Positions 54,759-64,000 of a stretch of 64,000 nucleotides of DNA are shown piece after piece. Under the pieces are notes generated by a model, which was given only the letters and a program-made list of their open reading frames with translations, did no database searches and was not told the origin of the DNA. The number at the start of each line of letters is the position of its first letter. Position 1 is the first letter of the stretch. The position numbers were made by a program, and so were the translations under genes. This DNA is from Pseudomonadota bacterium (GTDB taxonomy: Bacteria; UBA10199; 2-02-FULL-44-16; JAAZCA01), in NCBI GenBank assembly GCA_043798915.1, contig JAZDOG010000102.1:14249-78248 (forward strand). Direction: 5' to 3'.

Positions 54759-56144
54759 ATGATACGCCGATGCTTTCTTGCCTTGCTCCTGTTCATGCTG
54801 CCATCCGCCTCGCTTGCGGATCCCCAGCATGTCACCATCCTGCACTTCAACGATATCCACGGCCACCTCGAACCCGTCGAGGCGAAGGGCGGCGAGAGAT
54901 GCGGCGCCGCGCGCATAGCGACGATCGTCCATCGAATCGAAGATGAGAACGGCGCGAAGGGCGCCGAGACGATCCTCCTCTTCGGCGGGGATGCGCTCAC
55001 TGGCACGCTCATCTCGCTCGAGTTCAAGGGCGATGCGGAGTTTGATTTCTTCAATGACATCGGCGTAGACGCAATGACGATAGGCAACCACGACTTCGAC
55101 GAGGGCCTGCCTCGCCTTGAGGCACTCATCCAGAAAGCGCAATTCCCGGTCCTCTCCGCCAACATCCGCTGGAAGAAGAGCGGCGAGCTTCTCACCAGAC
55201 CCTGGACGGTGATCAGCGGCCGCGGCCCGGAGGTGGCGGTCGTGGGGCTCGCTACGATAGAAACGCGCACGACTACAGCTCCTCAAAACATAGCGGAGCT
55301 CGACGTAACCGGCCCGGCCAAAGAGGCGCAAGGGGAGATGAAGAAGCTCCCCAAAAACGTACCGCTGCGCATTGCGCTGGCGCACATGGGACAGAAGGAG
55401 GGCGCAGATGTCGCGCAGAAGGTTCGGGGGCTCTCCGCCGTGATCGGCGGCCACGATCACAGCGCCCGGCCGGAGGAGAACTGCCGGATGGTGAAAAAAG
55501 TCCCGGTCTGCCTCACGCCGCCCAACGGCTGTTACGTCGGGAGGTTGGATTTCGAAGTCGACGGAAATAAAGTCAGGTTTGAGGGCTCCAGGCTTTTGTC
55601 TGCGGGCGCATCCGTGCCCAAAGACAAGGCCGTCGCAAAACTGGTCGACGGTTACTCAAGAAGGTTGAGCGGCAAATACGACCGTGTGATTGGAAAGGCG
55701 ACAAAGAATCTGAAGGTGTCGAAGGCCGAACAGACGCCGCTCGGCAGGCTCATCTGCGACGCCATCCGCTGGAAGACGGGAGTGGAGATCGGCTTTATCA
55801 ACAGCAGCGGCGTCCGAGCGCCATTGAAACGAGGGATAATCAAAGTGCGCGACGTCGTCGAGATGCTGCCTTTCAAAAACACCATCACGATCCTCCGGAT
55901 GAAGGGGAGCGAGATCGCGGACGTCGGGGCGCAGGGAAGCAAGCGGGGCGCCGGTTTCATACAGATATCGGGCGCAGACGATCTGGAGAAGGACAGGACA
56001 TACAGTGTCGGCACGGTGGATTTTCTGGCCGACGGCGGCGACGGATTCGAGATGCTCAAGGGCATCGAGGATCGAAAATCCTCGGACATCCTCCTCCGCG
56101 ATGTTGTCATGGATTATATTAAGAAGCGAAGAACCATTCCTTAA
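54759..56144 (+). CDS. secreted 5'-nucleotidase/UshA-like metallophosphoesterase
   Basis: Signal peptide MIRRCFLALLLFMLPSASLA. Metallophosphatase motifs HFNDIHGH, GGDALTG, GNHDFDEG, followed by a C-terminal 5'-nucleotidase domain. Confidence 0.88.
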   Translation: MIRRCFLALLLFMLPSASLADPQHVTILHFNDIHGHLEPVEAKGGERCGAARIATIVHRIEDENGAKGAETILLFGGDALTGTLISLEFKGDAEFDFFNDIGVDAMTIGNHDFDEGLPRLEALIQKAQFPVLSANIRWKKSGELLTRPWTVISGRGPEVAVVGLATIETRTTTAPQNIAELDVTGPAKEAQGEMKKLPKNVPLRIALAHMGQKEGADVAQKVRGLSAVIGGHDHSARPEENCRMVKKVPVCLTPPNGCYVGRLDFEVDGNKVRFEGSRLLSAGASVPKDKAVAKLVDGYSRRLSGKYDRVIGKATKNLKVSKAEQTPLGRLICDAIRWKTGVEIGFINSSGVRAPLKRGIIKVRDVVEMLPFKNTITILRMKGSEIADVGAQGSKRGAGFIQISGADDLEKDRTYSVGTVDFLADGGDGFEMLKGIEDRKSSDILLRDVVMDYIKKRRTIP

Positions 56145-57004
56145 CCGAACATCCCCTTCATCCGCAGGCGATCCCTCTCCGATATTTCGCGCGCGGGGCA
56201 CTCCGACATCCAGCCCTTGAGCATCGCCGCCAGGAAGGCCCTTCTGGCGCCTGGGGCGCGCAGGGCCATGTCGATCAGCGCCGGGTATATCTCTCCTGTG
56301 CGCTCCTCCGGCGTGGAGCGCGACATGAGCTGAATGAACAGATCCCCCACGAGCCGATTGCTGCCCGCGCTGTCGCCGGAGACGACGCCGGCGAGGGTCA
56401 CGAGCCTCACGCGGTTGTCCGCAATCGAAAAGATATGTTTGATGAGCTGCCTTCCCTCCGCCGGACGCAGGCGCGCGACGCGGAGGGATGCGCTGGCAAG
56501 CTCGGGCGACGCCTTGATCCTGTGCTCATCCAGACCATCCGCCAGCTCGAAGGCCGCAGCGCTGTCCCCGCATGCGATCCTGAGGAGCAGCCCCCACTCG
56601 GGCGCGCTTCGATCGCTTTTCTCCGATATCATCCCGATAGCCATCTTGGGATTGTGCGATGCCAGAGAGGCCGCGTCTGAGAGCTTCTCGGCGAAGAACC
56701 TGCGCGCCACCTGCGGCGCGATGGGATAGCAGATGGGGTCGATGACTGCAGCGAAGCTCGTCCTGAAGCCGCCGAACCTCAAGGCGATGCGGCCCCATAG
56801 GCCAGAATCCATCTTCGCAATCGGAGACGGGGCCTCGTCCGAGGAGTAGGATGATTGGACGGAGGCCGGAGACGGCAGGGGCGTGGCAGCAGGGCTGATG
56901 AATACGGAGGAAACCCTGTCAAAAGCGATGTCGGCCGGGATCTTCATCGAAGGGAGAGCATATGGTGGCAGTTTGCGAGCAGGCAAGCTTTTTTTAGAAC
57001 TCAT
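56141..57004 (-). CDS. hypothetical protein downstream of recF
   Basis: ORF track 56141..57085. The ATG at 57004 lies 1 nt after the recF stop. No family recognised. Confidence 0.5.
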   Translation of the reverse strand: MSSKKSLPARKLPPYALPSMKIPADIAFDRVSSVFISPAATPLPSPASVQSSYSSDEAPSPIAKMDSGLWGRIALRFGGFRTSFAAVIDPICYPIAPQVARRFFAEKLSDAASLASHNPKMAIGMISEKSDRSAPEWGLLLRIACGDSAAAFELADGLDEHRIKASPELASASLRVARLRPAEGRQLIKHIFSIADNRVRLVTLAGVVSGDSAGSNRLVGDLFIQLMSRSTPEERTGEIYPALIDMALRAPGARRAFLAAMLKGWMSECPAREISERDRLRMKGMFG

Positions 57005-57005
57005 T

Positions 57006-58118
57006 TCAAAGCGCCATGGCGTGGCCCGAGGCCACCTCGAAGCGCTTGGCCCCGGAAAGGTGGGTGGCCCAAAGGCTCCCGGCATCGGTGGCCGTCACGA
57101 ATACCTGCCCGGCGACATTGCCCAGATAATCGAAGAGAAAACGGCTGCGCTCCGAATCGAGTTCGCTGGCCACATCGTCCAGAAGGAGGATCGGCTCATC
57201 CCCCAGGGCCTCCCTCAACAGCTCCATCTCGGCGATCTTGAGGGCCAGGACGAACGACCTGTGCTGCCCCTGCGAGCCGAAGTGCCGGACGGCGGCGTCG
57301 CCGATCCTCGCCTCCAGGTCATCCCTGTGAGGACCCACGAGCGTGGTCCCGCGGTCGATTTCGTCGGGCCGCCTCTCTGCGAGCGCGAGTTCAAGCGCCT
57401 TCCTGACGGCTGCCTCTCCATCCTTCACCGCCTCCTCGCCACAGTGCGGACGATAGAGAAAAAGCGCCGAGGCGTCCTGCGGGGCGATTGCGGCGTATTT
57501 GTGGGGGATGATCCCGTTGAGCCTCTCGCACCAATGGCTTCGCTCTACCGATATCCTCGTGCCGAGCTCGATGAGCTGCCCGTCCCAGGCGGCGAGTTCC
57601 CTCTCAAGTGAGGGCGGGGGGAGCCCCTCCTGCAGAAGACGGTTCCTGTGGCTTACCACGCGCTCGTAGCGGCCCACTACGCCGCGGTAGGATGGTGAGA
57701 GCTGTGCGATGAGTCCGTCGATGTGCCTGCGCCTCGCCGAGGGCGAGTCGCGAAGGAGGATTATCTCCTCCGGCGCGAAGATGACCGTCCCGAGGCCCAC
57801 GAACCCCCCGGGCCTCGACCTCTTGGAGTTCCTGTAGAATATCTTGGCGGCCGGGTCCATGTTGACCCTGAGTTCGTCCGAGCCGGCGCTGCCAGATGAA
57901 GAAGCCGTAACCCTGGCGGCCTCGCAGTCGCTCCTGATCATATCCCTGAATTCAGAGGTGCGAAAGGACCGTCCGGTCGCCAGGAGCCCGACCGCCTCCA
58001 CGATGTTGGTCTTCCCCTGCGCATTCATGCCTATGAGGAGATTGAAATGCGGATCGAGCTCGACGTGTTCATCGGCGAAATTACGGAAGTTTTTGAGATG
58101 GAGGGACTCTAAATACAT
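57006..58118 (-). CDS. recF: DNA replication/repair protein RecF
   Basis: 370 aa; MYLESLHLKNFRNF..., Walker A GMNAQGKTN, signature FGSQGQHRSFVLALK, LLLDDVASELD. Confidence 0.95.
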   Translation of the reverse strand: MYLESLHLKNFRNFADEHVELDPHFNLLIGMNAQGKTNIVEAVGLLATGRSFRTSEFRDMIRSDCEAARVTASSSGSAGSDELRVNMDPAAKIFYRNSKRSRPGGFVGLGTVIFAPEEIILLRDSPSARRRHIDGLIAQLSPSYRGVVGRYERVVSHRNRLLQEGLPPPSLERELAAWDGQLIELGTRISVERSHWCERLNGIIPHKYAAIAPQDASALFLYRPHCGEEAVKDGEAAVRKALELALAERRPDEIDRGTTLVGPHRDDLEARIGDAAVRHFGSQGQHRSFVLALKIAEMELLREALGDEPILLLDDVASELDSERSRFLFDYLGNVAGQVFVTATDAGSLWATHLSGAKRFEVASGHAMAL

Positions 58119-58133
58119 AGCTGACAGCTGATG

Positions 58134-59243
58134 TCACAGCCTCATCGGCATGATGACGTGCGTGAATCCCTTGTCGGTCTCACTTCGAAGGACGCACGGC
58201 GCAGTTTCGTCGCCCATCTCGAGCACCGCCATCTCATCGTTGACAGAGGCGAGGGCATCCAGAAAATATTTGGCGTTGAATCCCACTTCGAAGGATTCGC
58301 CCTTATAGGTCGTCTCGATCTCCTCGCGGGCCTCTCCGAGGTCGGGGTTCGAGCTCGATATATCGATGTTCTTCGACGACACAGCGAACTTCACCCCGCG
58401 CGATCGGTCGGTCGAAAGGACCGAAACCCTCTTCAGGGCATGGATGAGGTTGTCCCTTTGAACCTGGACCACCCTCTTGGATTGCTTTGGCACCACCTGC
58501 TCATAGGGCGGGAACTGGCCGTCGATCAGCCTCACAACGAGCGTCACGTTGCCCTTGTAGGCCATGATGTGTTTTGAATCCACCCATAGGTCCAGAGGCT
58601 CGTCGCCTGAATCCACAAGCTTCTTTATCTCCTGCACTCCCTTGCGGGGAATTATCGCGCCCTTCTGGATGGAGCACTTCGTCCCCACGTCCCTCTCGAC
58701 GATGGAGAGCCTGTGGCCGTCCGTCGCAACCATCTTGAGCTTCGTCTTGTCCTTCCCTGTCGGATCCACATAGACGCCGTTCAAATTAAATCTCGTCTCA
58801 TCCGTGGACATCGCGAATGATGTCTTGTCTATCATCTGGCTGAGCAAGCTTCCGTCTATCCTCCACACATCCCCCTGCCCGCGCGTCGGGAGGGCGGGAA
58901 ACTCCTCGGAGGATAGTCCGACGATCTTATAGCGGCTCTTGCCGCAGCTCATCTCTATCCAGTTGCCATCCTTGACCGCTATATGGACCGTGTCATCCGG
59001 CAGCTCTCTCGCAATATCGTAGATGCTCCTGGCGTGGACGGCCACTTTGCCATTGGCGATAACATCTGCCGGATAGGTGCAGTTTATTCCAACCTCAAGG
59101 TCCGTCGCTGTGATGGAAAGTTTTTTTGCAGTGGCCTCGAGCAGGACGTTGACGAGAATCGGCATCGTCGTCTTCCTCTCGACGATTCCCTGGACCAGCC
59201 CCAAACCTTTGAGAAGTTCACCTCTGGCTATTTTTATTTCCAT
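58134..59243 (-). CDS. dnaN: DNA polymerase III beta sliding clamp
   Basis: 369 aa; typical start MEIKIARGELLKGLGLVQGIVERKTTMPIL and end ...VIMPMRL. Confidence 0.96.
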   Translation of the reverse strand: MEIKIARGELLKGLGLVQGIVERKTTMPILVNVLLEATAKKLSITATDLEVGINCTYPADVIANGKVAVHARSIYDIARELPDDTVHIAVKDGNWIEMSCGKSRYKIVGLSSEEFPALPTRGQGDVWRIDGSLLSQMIDKTSFAMSTDETRFNLNGVYVDPTGKDKTKLKMVATDGHRLSIVERDVGTKCSIQKGAIIPRKGVQEIKKLVDSGDEPLDLWVDSKHIMAYKGNVTLVVRLIDGQFPPYEQVVPKQSKRVVQVQRDNLIHALKRVSVLSTDRSRGVKFAVSSKNIDISSSNPDLGEAREEIETTYKGESFEVGFNAKYFLDALASVNDEMAVLEMGDETAPCVLRSETDKGFTHVIMPMRL

Positions 59244-59510
59244 GGGCGCCTCGCCTGTTGTTGTTTAAAATATATTAAATACAAAACCAGTAGTAGTAGT
59301 AGTAGGACTGGATATGTTTATAAACCAAAAAATCACGATGTCCTTCGTCCACTTGTCCGCCCCAGGTTAATGCTGATCAGGATGTGGAAGAATGCGCGCC
59401 TGCGGATGTTTTCAGAATGCAGAATGAGAAGTAGTCCACCGACTCAAGGGTTGTCAACAGACAATTGAGAGAGATACACAGGAAATCAACATGGGGGTGT
59501 GGGCAAGTTG

Positions 59511-60851
59511 TTAGTGCAGGATGTCTTTTTCGATGACGGCGATGTCGCTCTGGAGATGGGCGTCCTCCTCGATGAGTTTTTCGATCTTCCGGCAGGCGTG
59601 CATGACGGTGGTGTGATCCTTCCCCCCGAACTTGTTGCCTATCTCCGGGAAAGATGAACGCACGTGCTTCTTGCAGAGATACATCGCCACCTGTCTCGGG
59701 TGGGCGAGCATCTTCGTCCGCCTTGGAGATTTGAGGTCGGAGATGTTTATTTTGTAGTAGTCCGCTACGATCTTCTGGACGGATTCTATCGTGCAGTTTC
59801 GCTCCCTCTCTTCGAGGGCCTTGCCGAGGATCTCCTGCGCGAGTCCGATGGTCATCTGGGCGCCCGTGAGCGATGCGAAGGCGTTTATCCGGATGAGAGA
59901 GCCTTCGAGTTCCCTCACGTTGGTCCTGATCGAGCTTGCGAGGAACATCGCCACGTCGTCCGGGCACTTGAGGCATGAAGCCTCCGCTTTCTTGCGGAGG
60001 ATGGCGATGCGAGTCTCGAGGTCCGGCGGGCCGATGTCGGCGATGAGCCCCCATTGAAATCTCGTGCATAGCCTCTCATCTATCCCCTTGATGTCCTGCG
60101 GGAGGCGGTCGCTGGTGACGACAATCTGCCGGCCGGAGCCATGCAGGGCGTTGAACGTGTGGAAAAACTCCTCCTGGGTCCTCTCCTTCCCCCCCAGGAA
60201 CTGAACGTCATCCAGGAGGAGGACGTCGCAGCGGTCTCGGTGCTTCTTTCTGAAATCTTCCATCCTCTCATTCCTCAGCGCATTTATCAGCTCGTTCATG
60301 AACTTCTCTGCGCTGGCATAGTGGATGTGCATCTGGGGATGCGTGGCCATGAGCTGGATGCCTATGGCATGCAGGAGGTGCGTCTTGCCGAGCCCCACGC
60401 CGCCATAGATGAAGAGCGGGTTGTAGTGACCCCCGGGGAGGTCCGCGACCGCCTTGCATGCTGCGTGGGCGAACTGGTTTGCGGAGCCGACGACGAAGCG
60501 ATCGAAGCTGTACTTGGGGTTCAGCGGCTCCACCGACCTCGCCCGCGGGACCGCCTGCGGCTCCCGATTTTCAGATGCCGCCGCCGGCGCGCGAGGAGGC
60601 TCGTCCGGCGCTATTTCATAGCTGAGTCTGTAATTCATCTGCGTCAGGGAGAAAAGCTCCTGGCGGATCAGATCGCTGTAGTAGTCGTTGATCCAATCGG
60701 CGACGAATTTGTTCGGGACGACGAGGACGAAGGCCCCGTCTTTGACGTTTGCATCGACTATTGGATTGAACCACGTGTTATAATTCAGCTCGCTGATCTT
60801 GCCCTTGATCGATTCCCTGAGCTGTTCGAAGACTTGATTCATAATAGGCAT
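59511..60851 (-). CDS. dnaA: chromosomal replication initiator DnaA
   Basis: 446 aa; NPLFIYGGVGLGKTHLLHAIG (Walker A), LLLDDVQFL, and the C-terminal DNA-binding domain ...LCKKHVRSSFPEIGNKFGGKDHTTVMHACRKI. Confidence 0.97.
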   Translation of the reverse strand: MPIMNQVFEQLRESIKGKISELNYNTWFNPIVDANVKDGAFVLVVPNKFVADWINDYYSDLIRQELFSLTQMNYRLSYEIAPDEPPRAPAAASENREPQAVPRARSVEPLNPKYSFDRFVVGSANQFAHAACKAVADLPGGHYNPLFIYGGVGLGKTHLLHAIGIQLMATHPQMHIHYASAEKFMNELINALRNERMEDFRKKHRDRCDVLLLDDVQFLGGKERTQEEFFHTFNALHGSGRQIVVTSDRLPQDIKGIDERLCTRFQWGLIADIGPPDLETRIAILRKKAEASCLKCPDDVAMFLASSIRTNVRELEGSLIRINAFASLTGAQMTIGLAQEILGKALEERERNCTIESVQKIVADYYKINISDLKSPRRTKMLAHPRQVAMYLCKKHVRSSFPEIGNKFGGKDHTTVMHACRKIEKLIEEDAHLQSDIAVIEKDILH

Positions 60852-60863
60852 TAATTCACAATC

Positions 60864-60883
60864 TTATCCACATCTGTGGATAA
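60864..60883. promoter_or_regulatory. pair of perfect DnaA boxes in inverted orientation
   Basis: ttatccaca (60864-60872) and tgtggataa (60875-60883), 13 nt upstream of the dnaA start. Confidence 0.75.
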
Positions 60884-61099
60884 CTTATTTGGTCCTGCGT
60901 TGAACTTGATTTCATCCCCTGCGGTTTTCCAAGGACATCGAGCTTTGATTTCCTAATGCGAAGGGGGAATTCTTTGCAAGATAAAAAAATAAAATTCGAA
61001 TGCGGAAAATCAGAGGCAAGAGAATCGCCTTGACTCACCAGTTGAAATAAGGTCTCTATCCCCGCGTTCTTGCGGGGACTTGGAGGAAGGCGGCAGATC

Positions 61100-61240
61100 A
61101 TGAAGAGAACCTATCAACCGAGCAAGCGAAAGCGTAAAAACGTGCATGGATTTCGCCAGCGGATGAAGACCGCGGGCGGGAGAAAGGTTCTCGCCAGACG
61201 GCGGCGCCTCGGCCGGAAGCGGATCGGCGTGAAGCTATAG
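61100..61240 (+). CDS. rpmH: 50S ribosomal protein L34
   Basis: My own translation: [46 protein letters not shown] (46 aa), the canonical L34. ggagg SD upstream. Below the ORF-track size cutoff. Confidence 0.95.
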   Translation: MKRTYQPSKRKRKNVHGFRQRMKTAGGRKVLARRRRLGRKRIGVKL

Positions 61241-61256
61241 TCGCGGTGCGTTTTCG

Positions 61257-61604
61257 ATGCCCCGATTCCCAAAATCCAGGCGGCTCTTGAAACCCGTCGA
61301 GTTCGGCGAGGTGAAAAGACGTGGCGTTTGCGCGCGCGCGGGGGTCGTCTCTGTCGCCTGGCTTGGGAAGGATGGAGTGCGGAGGTTGGGCATCGTCGCC
61401 TCGCGGCGGGCAGGCAACGCCGTCGAGCGAAACAGGTTGAAGCGCGTCATCCGCGAATTCTTCCGCATGGAGGGCTGCCCGTTTCCGATGGGAGATTGCG
61501 TCGTCGTGCTCGCCCCCGGCGCGGGGGCGTTCGACAACTTCCGAATAAGGGCCGACCTCGGACGGGCGCTGGAAAAAATCAAATGGTTTCGATCTTGCGC
61601 ATGA
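61257..61604 (+). CDS. rnpA: ribonuclease P protein component
   Basis: 115 aa, basic, with the RNR-like motif (AVERNRLKRVIRE). Directly after rpmH. Confidence 0.9.
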   Translation: MPRFPKSRRLLKPVEFGEVKRRGVCARAGVVSVAWLGKDGVRRLGIVASRRAGNAVERNRLKRVIREFFRMEGCPFPMGDCVVVLAPGAGAFDNFRIRADLGRALEKIKWFRSCA

Positions 61605-61813
61605 TGTTCGCTGTCTATCGCACGGCGATCTCTCCCGTTCTCGCGGGGCTCGGTTGCGGCTGTCGCTTCCACCCGTGCTGCTCGGAGTATGCCAGGGATG
61701 CATTTCTTTTGCATCCGCCAGGCCGCGCGATTTTGCTGGTGGCGAAAAGGCTCCTCCGCTGCGGTCCGTGGCATCCCGGCGGGATAGACCGCCTGCCAGT
61801 CATTTCTGCATGA
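61583..61813 (+). CDS. yidD: membrane protein insertion efficiency factor YidD
   Basis: In-frame ATG at 61583 within ORF 61328..61813. YRTAISPVLAGLGCGCRFHPCCSEYARDAF...RCGPWHPGGIDRLP is the YidD signature. Confidence 0.85.
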   Translation: MVSILRMMFAVYRTAISPVLAGLGCGCRFHPCCSEYARDAFLLHPPGRAILLVAKRLLRCGPWHPGGIDRLPVISA

Positions 61814-61823
61814 AAGGGAAAAG

Positions 61824-63536
61824 ATGAAACCCGAACACAGAACTATCATTGCGGTAGCGCTATCGGCGGCCTTCTTTATCCTGTGGATCACGGTGATCAA
61901 TCCGTCGAAAAAACCACCCCAGGATGCGACGGCGCCGGCGGCCCAGACGGCGCCGGCGGCAAATCCGCAGGGCGCAGCAGCGGCGCCGACGGTCGCTGGG
62001 ACGCAGGCGACAAATCCTCCGTCTGCTCCGGTCGCTTCCGGACCGGCTGATCCGCAGGCGAAGCTGCCTGTCAAGACGTGGACGATAAAGAACGACCTCG
62101 TGGAGGCGGAGCTCACGAGCGATGGCGCGGTGCTCGCCAGCTATCGAGTCCTCAAGTACAGGCAGACCACAGACGCGGGGAGCCCCGCGATCGACCTGGC
62201 GGCGAGTTCCGTGGGGTTGCCTCCGGCGCTCTCGCTTTTGTTAGAGGGGGCCAACTTCGCGTTCCCTGTTCGGGCCCACTTCGAGCTCGTCTCTGCAGAT
62301 GAATCGAAGGCCGTCTTCGAGTGGCGCTCCCCGGAGGTCGTGGTCGTGAAGACGATCTCGATTCCCAAGGACAGCTACGTCGCCGACGTGTCGGTCGAGG
62401 TGAAGAACCGCACCTCCCGCGCGCTGTCAGCGCGGGCGCTCCTCGCATGGAGCGGCATGACGCCGCCGCCCAAAAAGGGAGGGTTCTTCAGTTTCTTAAA
62501 ACAGCCGTCCTCCGACACGAAGGATCCAGTCTATTACATCAACGGTTCCGTGAAGCGCGAGACAAACCCGGCGAAGATCGGCGCCAGGTCCGAACAGTCG
62601 GGCAGCGTCCTCTGGTCCGGCGTCGAGAGCCGCTATTTCTTAAGCGCCGTGATACCGCGCGTGCAGGGCGAGGGCCTTTCGGTCGAATACGGCTCCGCAG
62701 AGCTTTCGGCTGAACCGGCCGGAACGCGCGGTGTATGGGCCGGCGCGGCACTCCCGCAGTTCACGGCGGTGCCGGGCGAGGCGGCCGTGCAGCGCTTCTC
62801 CGTCTACGCTGGCCCCAAGGAGATAAACCAGCTCAAGGCCGTGGGGGTGAAGCTCGACGAGGCGATTGACTACGGCTGGTTCACGGTCATCGCGGTGCCG
62901 ATCCTCTATCTGCTCAAGTTCTTCTACGGCGCGATCAGAAACTACGGGGTCGCGATCATCCTCCTCACGATCTTCGTCAAGCTCCTGCTCCATCCGGTGA
63001 ACATCAAATCGCTCAAGTCGATGAAGGAGATGCAGAGGCTCCAGCCGAAGCTCAAAGAGCTGCAGCAGAAGCACAAGGGCGACAAACAGCGCATAAATCA
63101 GGAGACGATGCAGCTCTTCCGCGCGCACAAGGTGAACCCGATGGGAGGGTGCCTCCCGATGCTCCTGCAGTTCCCGATCTACATCGCCCTCTACAAGGTG
63201 CTGTGGAACTCGATCGAGCTCTATCACGCGCCGTTCTTCGGGTTCTACCGGGACCTCTCCGCGCCGGATCCGTATCTCATCACGCCGATACTCCTCGGCA
63301 TCTTCATGGTGGCGCAGCAGAAGCTGATGCCTTCGGCTTCGGCTGACCCGGCGCAGCAGAAGATGATGATGTTCATGCCGATCATGTTCGCCGGCTTCAT
63401 GCTCTTTCTGCCGGTCGGGCTAGTCGTCTACATCCTCATCAACACCGCGATGAGCGTCACGCAGCAGTGGATGTACAACAAGGGGATCAGATATCGCGAT
63501 CTAATCAGGGGAAAGTGGCTGCCAAGGTCTGCTTAG
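61824..63536 (+). CDS. yidC: membrane protein insertase YidC
   Basis: 570 aa: N-terminal TM, periplasmic P1 domain, and the conserved C-terminal core (NYGVAIILLTIFVKLLLHP, MQRLQPKLKELQQKHKGDKQR, GCLPMLLQFPIYIALY). Confidence 0.95.
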   Translation: MKPEHRTIIAVALSAAFFILWITVINPSKKPPQDATAPAAQTAPAANPQGAAAAPTVAGTQATNPPSAPVASGPADPQAKLPVKTWTIKNDLVEAELTSDGAVLASYRVLKYRQTTDAGSPAIDLAASSVGLPPALSLLLEGANFAFPVRAHFELVSADESKAVFEWRSPEVVVVKTISIPKDSYVADVSVEVKNRTSRALSARALLAWSGMTPPPKKGGFFSFLKQPSSDTKDPVYYINGSVKRETNPAKIGARSEQSGSVLWSGVESRYFLSAVIPRVQGEGLSVEYGSAELSAEPAGTRGVWAGAALPQFTAVPGEAAVQRFSVYAGPKEINQLKAVGVKLDEAIDYGWFTVIAVPILYLLKFFYGAIRNYGVAIILLTIFVKLLLHPVNIKSLKSMKEMQRLQPKLKELQQKHKGDKQRINQETMQLFRAHKVNPMGGCLPMLLQFPIYIALYKVLWNSIELYHAPFFGFYRDLSAPDPYLITPILLGIFMVAQQKLMPSASADPAQQKMMMFMPIMFAGFMLFLPVGLVVYILINTAMSVTQQWMYNKGIRYRDLIRGKWLPRSA

Positions 63537-63566
63537 AATTTTGTGTCGACGCATGGGGTGAATGAC

Positions 63567-64000
63567 ATGACCGATATTGGTTTGAGAAAGAGGATACAGA
63601 AGCTCTGCCTTTCTTTGCGCGAACTCACGGAACCCCAGCTTGAATTCATTGAAAGCATTGTCGCGCAACTGCGAAAGCGTTTCGTGAGGATAGAGCGCAA
63701 TTCGAGGTCGGACATCGTCGACGAGAAATTTTTGCGGGATTTCGGCGACGTGCTGCGCATTCATCACTGTTTGTCGAAGGAAGCGTTATCGAAGGATCGC
63801 TTTGAATATGCCTTTGAAAGGACACTCAACCAGCGCGGGAAGAAGGCGGAATTAGCCCCATCCCGCGCGCGCCCTGGTTACGACATAACAATTGATGGCG
63901 AACCTTGCTCATTGAAAACGCAGGCCGACAAGGAAATTAAAGACGAGGAAGTCTATATTTCTAAATTCATGGAGCTCGGAAAGGGCAGATGGTCGGGTTC
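63567..64000 (+). CDS. hypothetical protein, 3'-truncated by the window end (possible PD-(D/E)xK nuclease fold)
   Basis: My own translation from the ATG at 63567: MTDIGLRKRIQKLCLSLRELTEPQLEFIESIVAQL...PGYDITIDGEPCSLKTQADKEIKDEEVYISKFMELGKGRWSG, open to nt 64000. The D...D-x5-SLK spacing is nuclease-like. Lower GC than yidC. Confidence 0.5.
   Translation, partial: MTDIGLRKRIQKLCLSLRELTEPQLEFIESIVAQLRKRFVRIERNSRSDIVDEKFLRDFGDVLRIHHCLSKEALSKDRFEYAFERTLNQRGKKAELAPSRARPGYDITIDGEPCSLKTQADKEIKDEEVYISKFMELGKGRWSG

Overview
High-GC bacterial chromosome segment covering the replication-origin neighbourhood. recF-dnaN-dnaA lie on the minus strand and diverge from rpmH-rnpA-yidD-yidC. The rest is a long run of housekeeping genes: a 5'-partial OPT transporter, cdd, the stalk/F1 half of the ATP synthase operon (b'-b-delta-alpha-gamma-beta-epsilon), parA-parB-bactofilin with two perfect parS sites, groES-groEL with a CIRCE-like operator, a tyrosine phenol-lyase-like enzyme, gyrB, gap-pgk-tpiA-secG-tRNA-Leu, mnmE-mnmG, pepT and ridA. 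The parAB-bactofilin synteny suggests a Myxococcota/deltaproteobacteria-like lineage, but this is inference only. No rRNA genes or CRISPR arrays were seen; there are two tRNAs, Arg-ACG and Leu-GAG. The most interesting signals are as follows. (1) A roughly 90-100 nt triple-hairpin repeat family has five intergenic copies, two of them inside the atp operon, plus a related 99-nt copy inserted in frame inside mnmG. (2) An AT-richer patch at 9.3-13.9 kb carries two diverged double-retropepsin+PDZ proteases around an AAA/DUF4143-type ATPase. (3) A sharply AT-rich island at 44.2-48.2 kb carries a DUF5678/retropepsin pair, BrnT/BrnA, an orphan HTH protein and a 487-aa P-loop NTPase. Next to it is a 21-bp inverted-repeat-bounded structured element. 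(4) The ridA 3' end is duplicated around an inserted ATPase gene. Next to that lies a RiPP-maturase-like radical SAM gene with an unannotated 52-codon ORF upstream. (5) A three-gene operon at 2.7-9.3 kb encodes large proteins of no family I can recognise. All family assignments come from motif recognition by eye, not from database searches.
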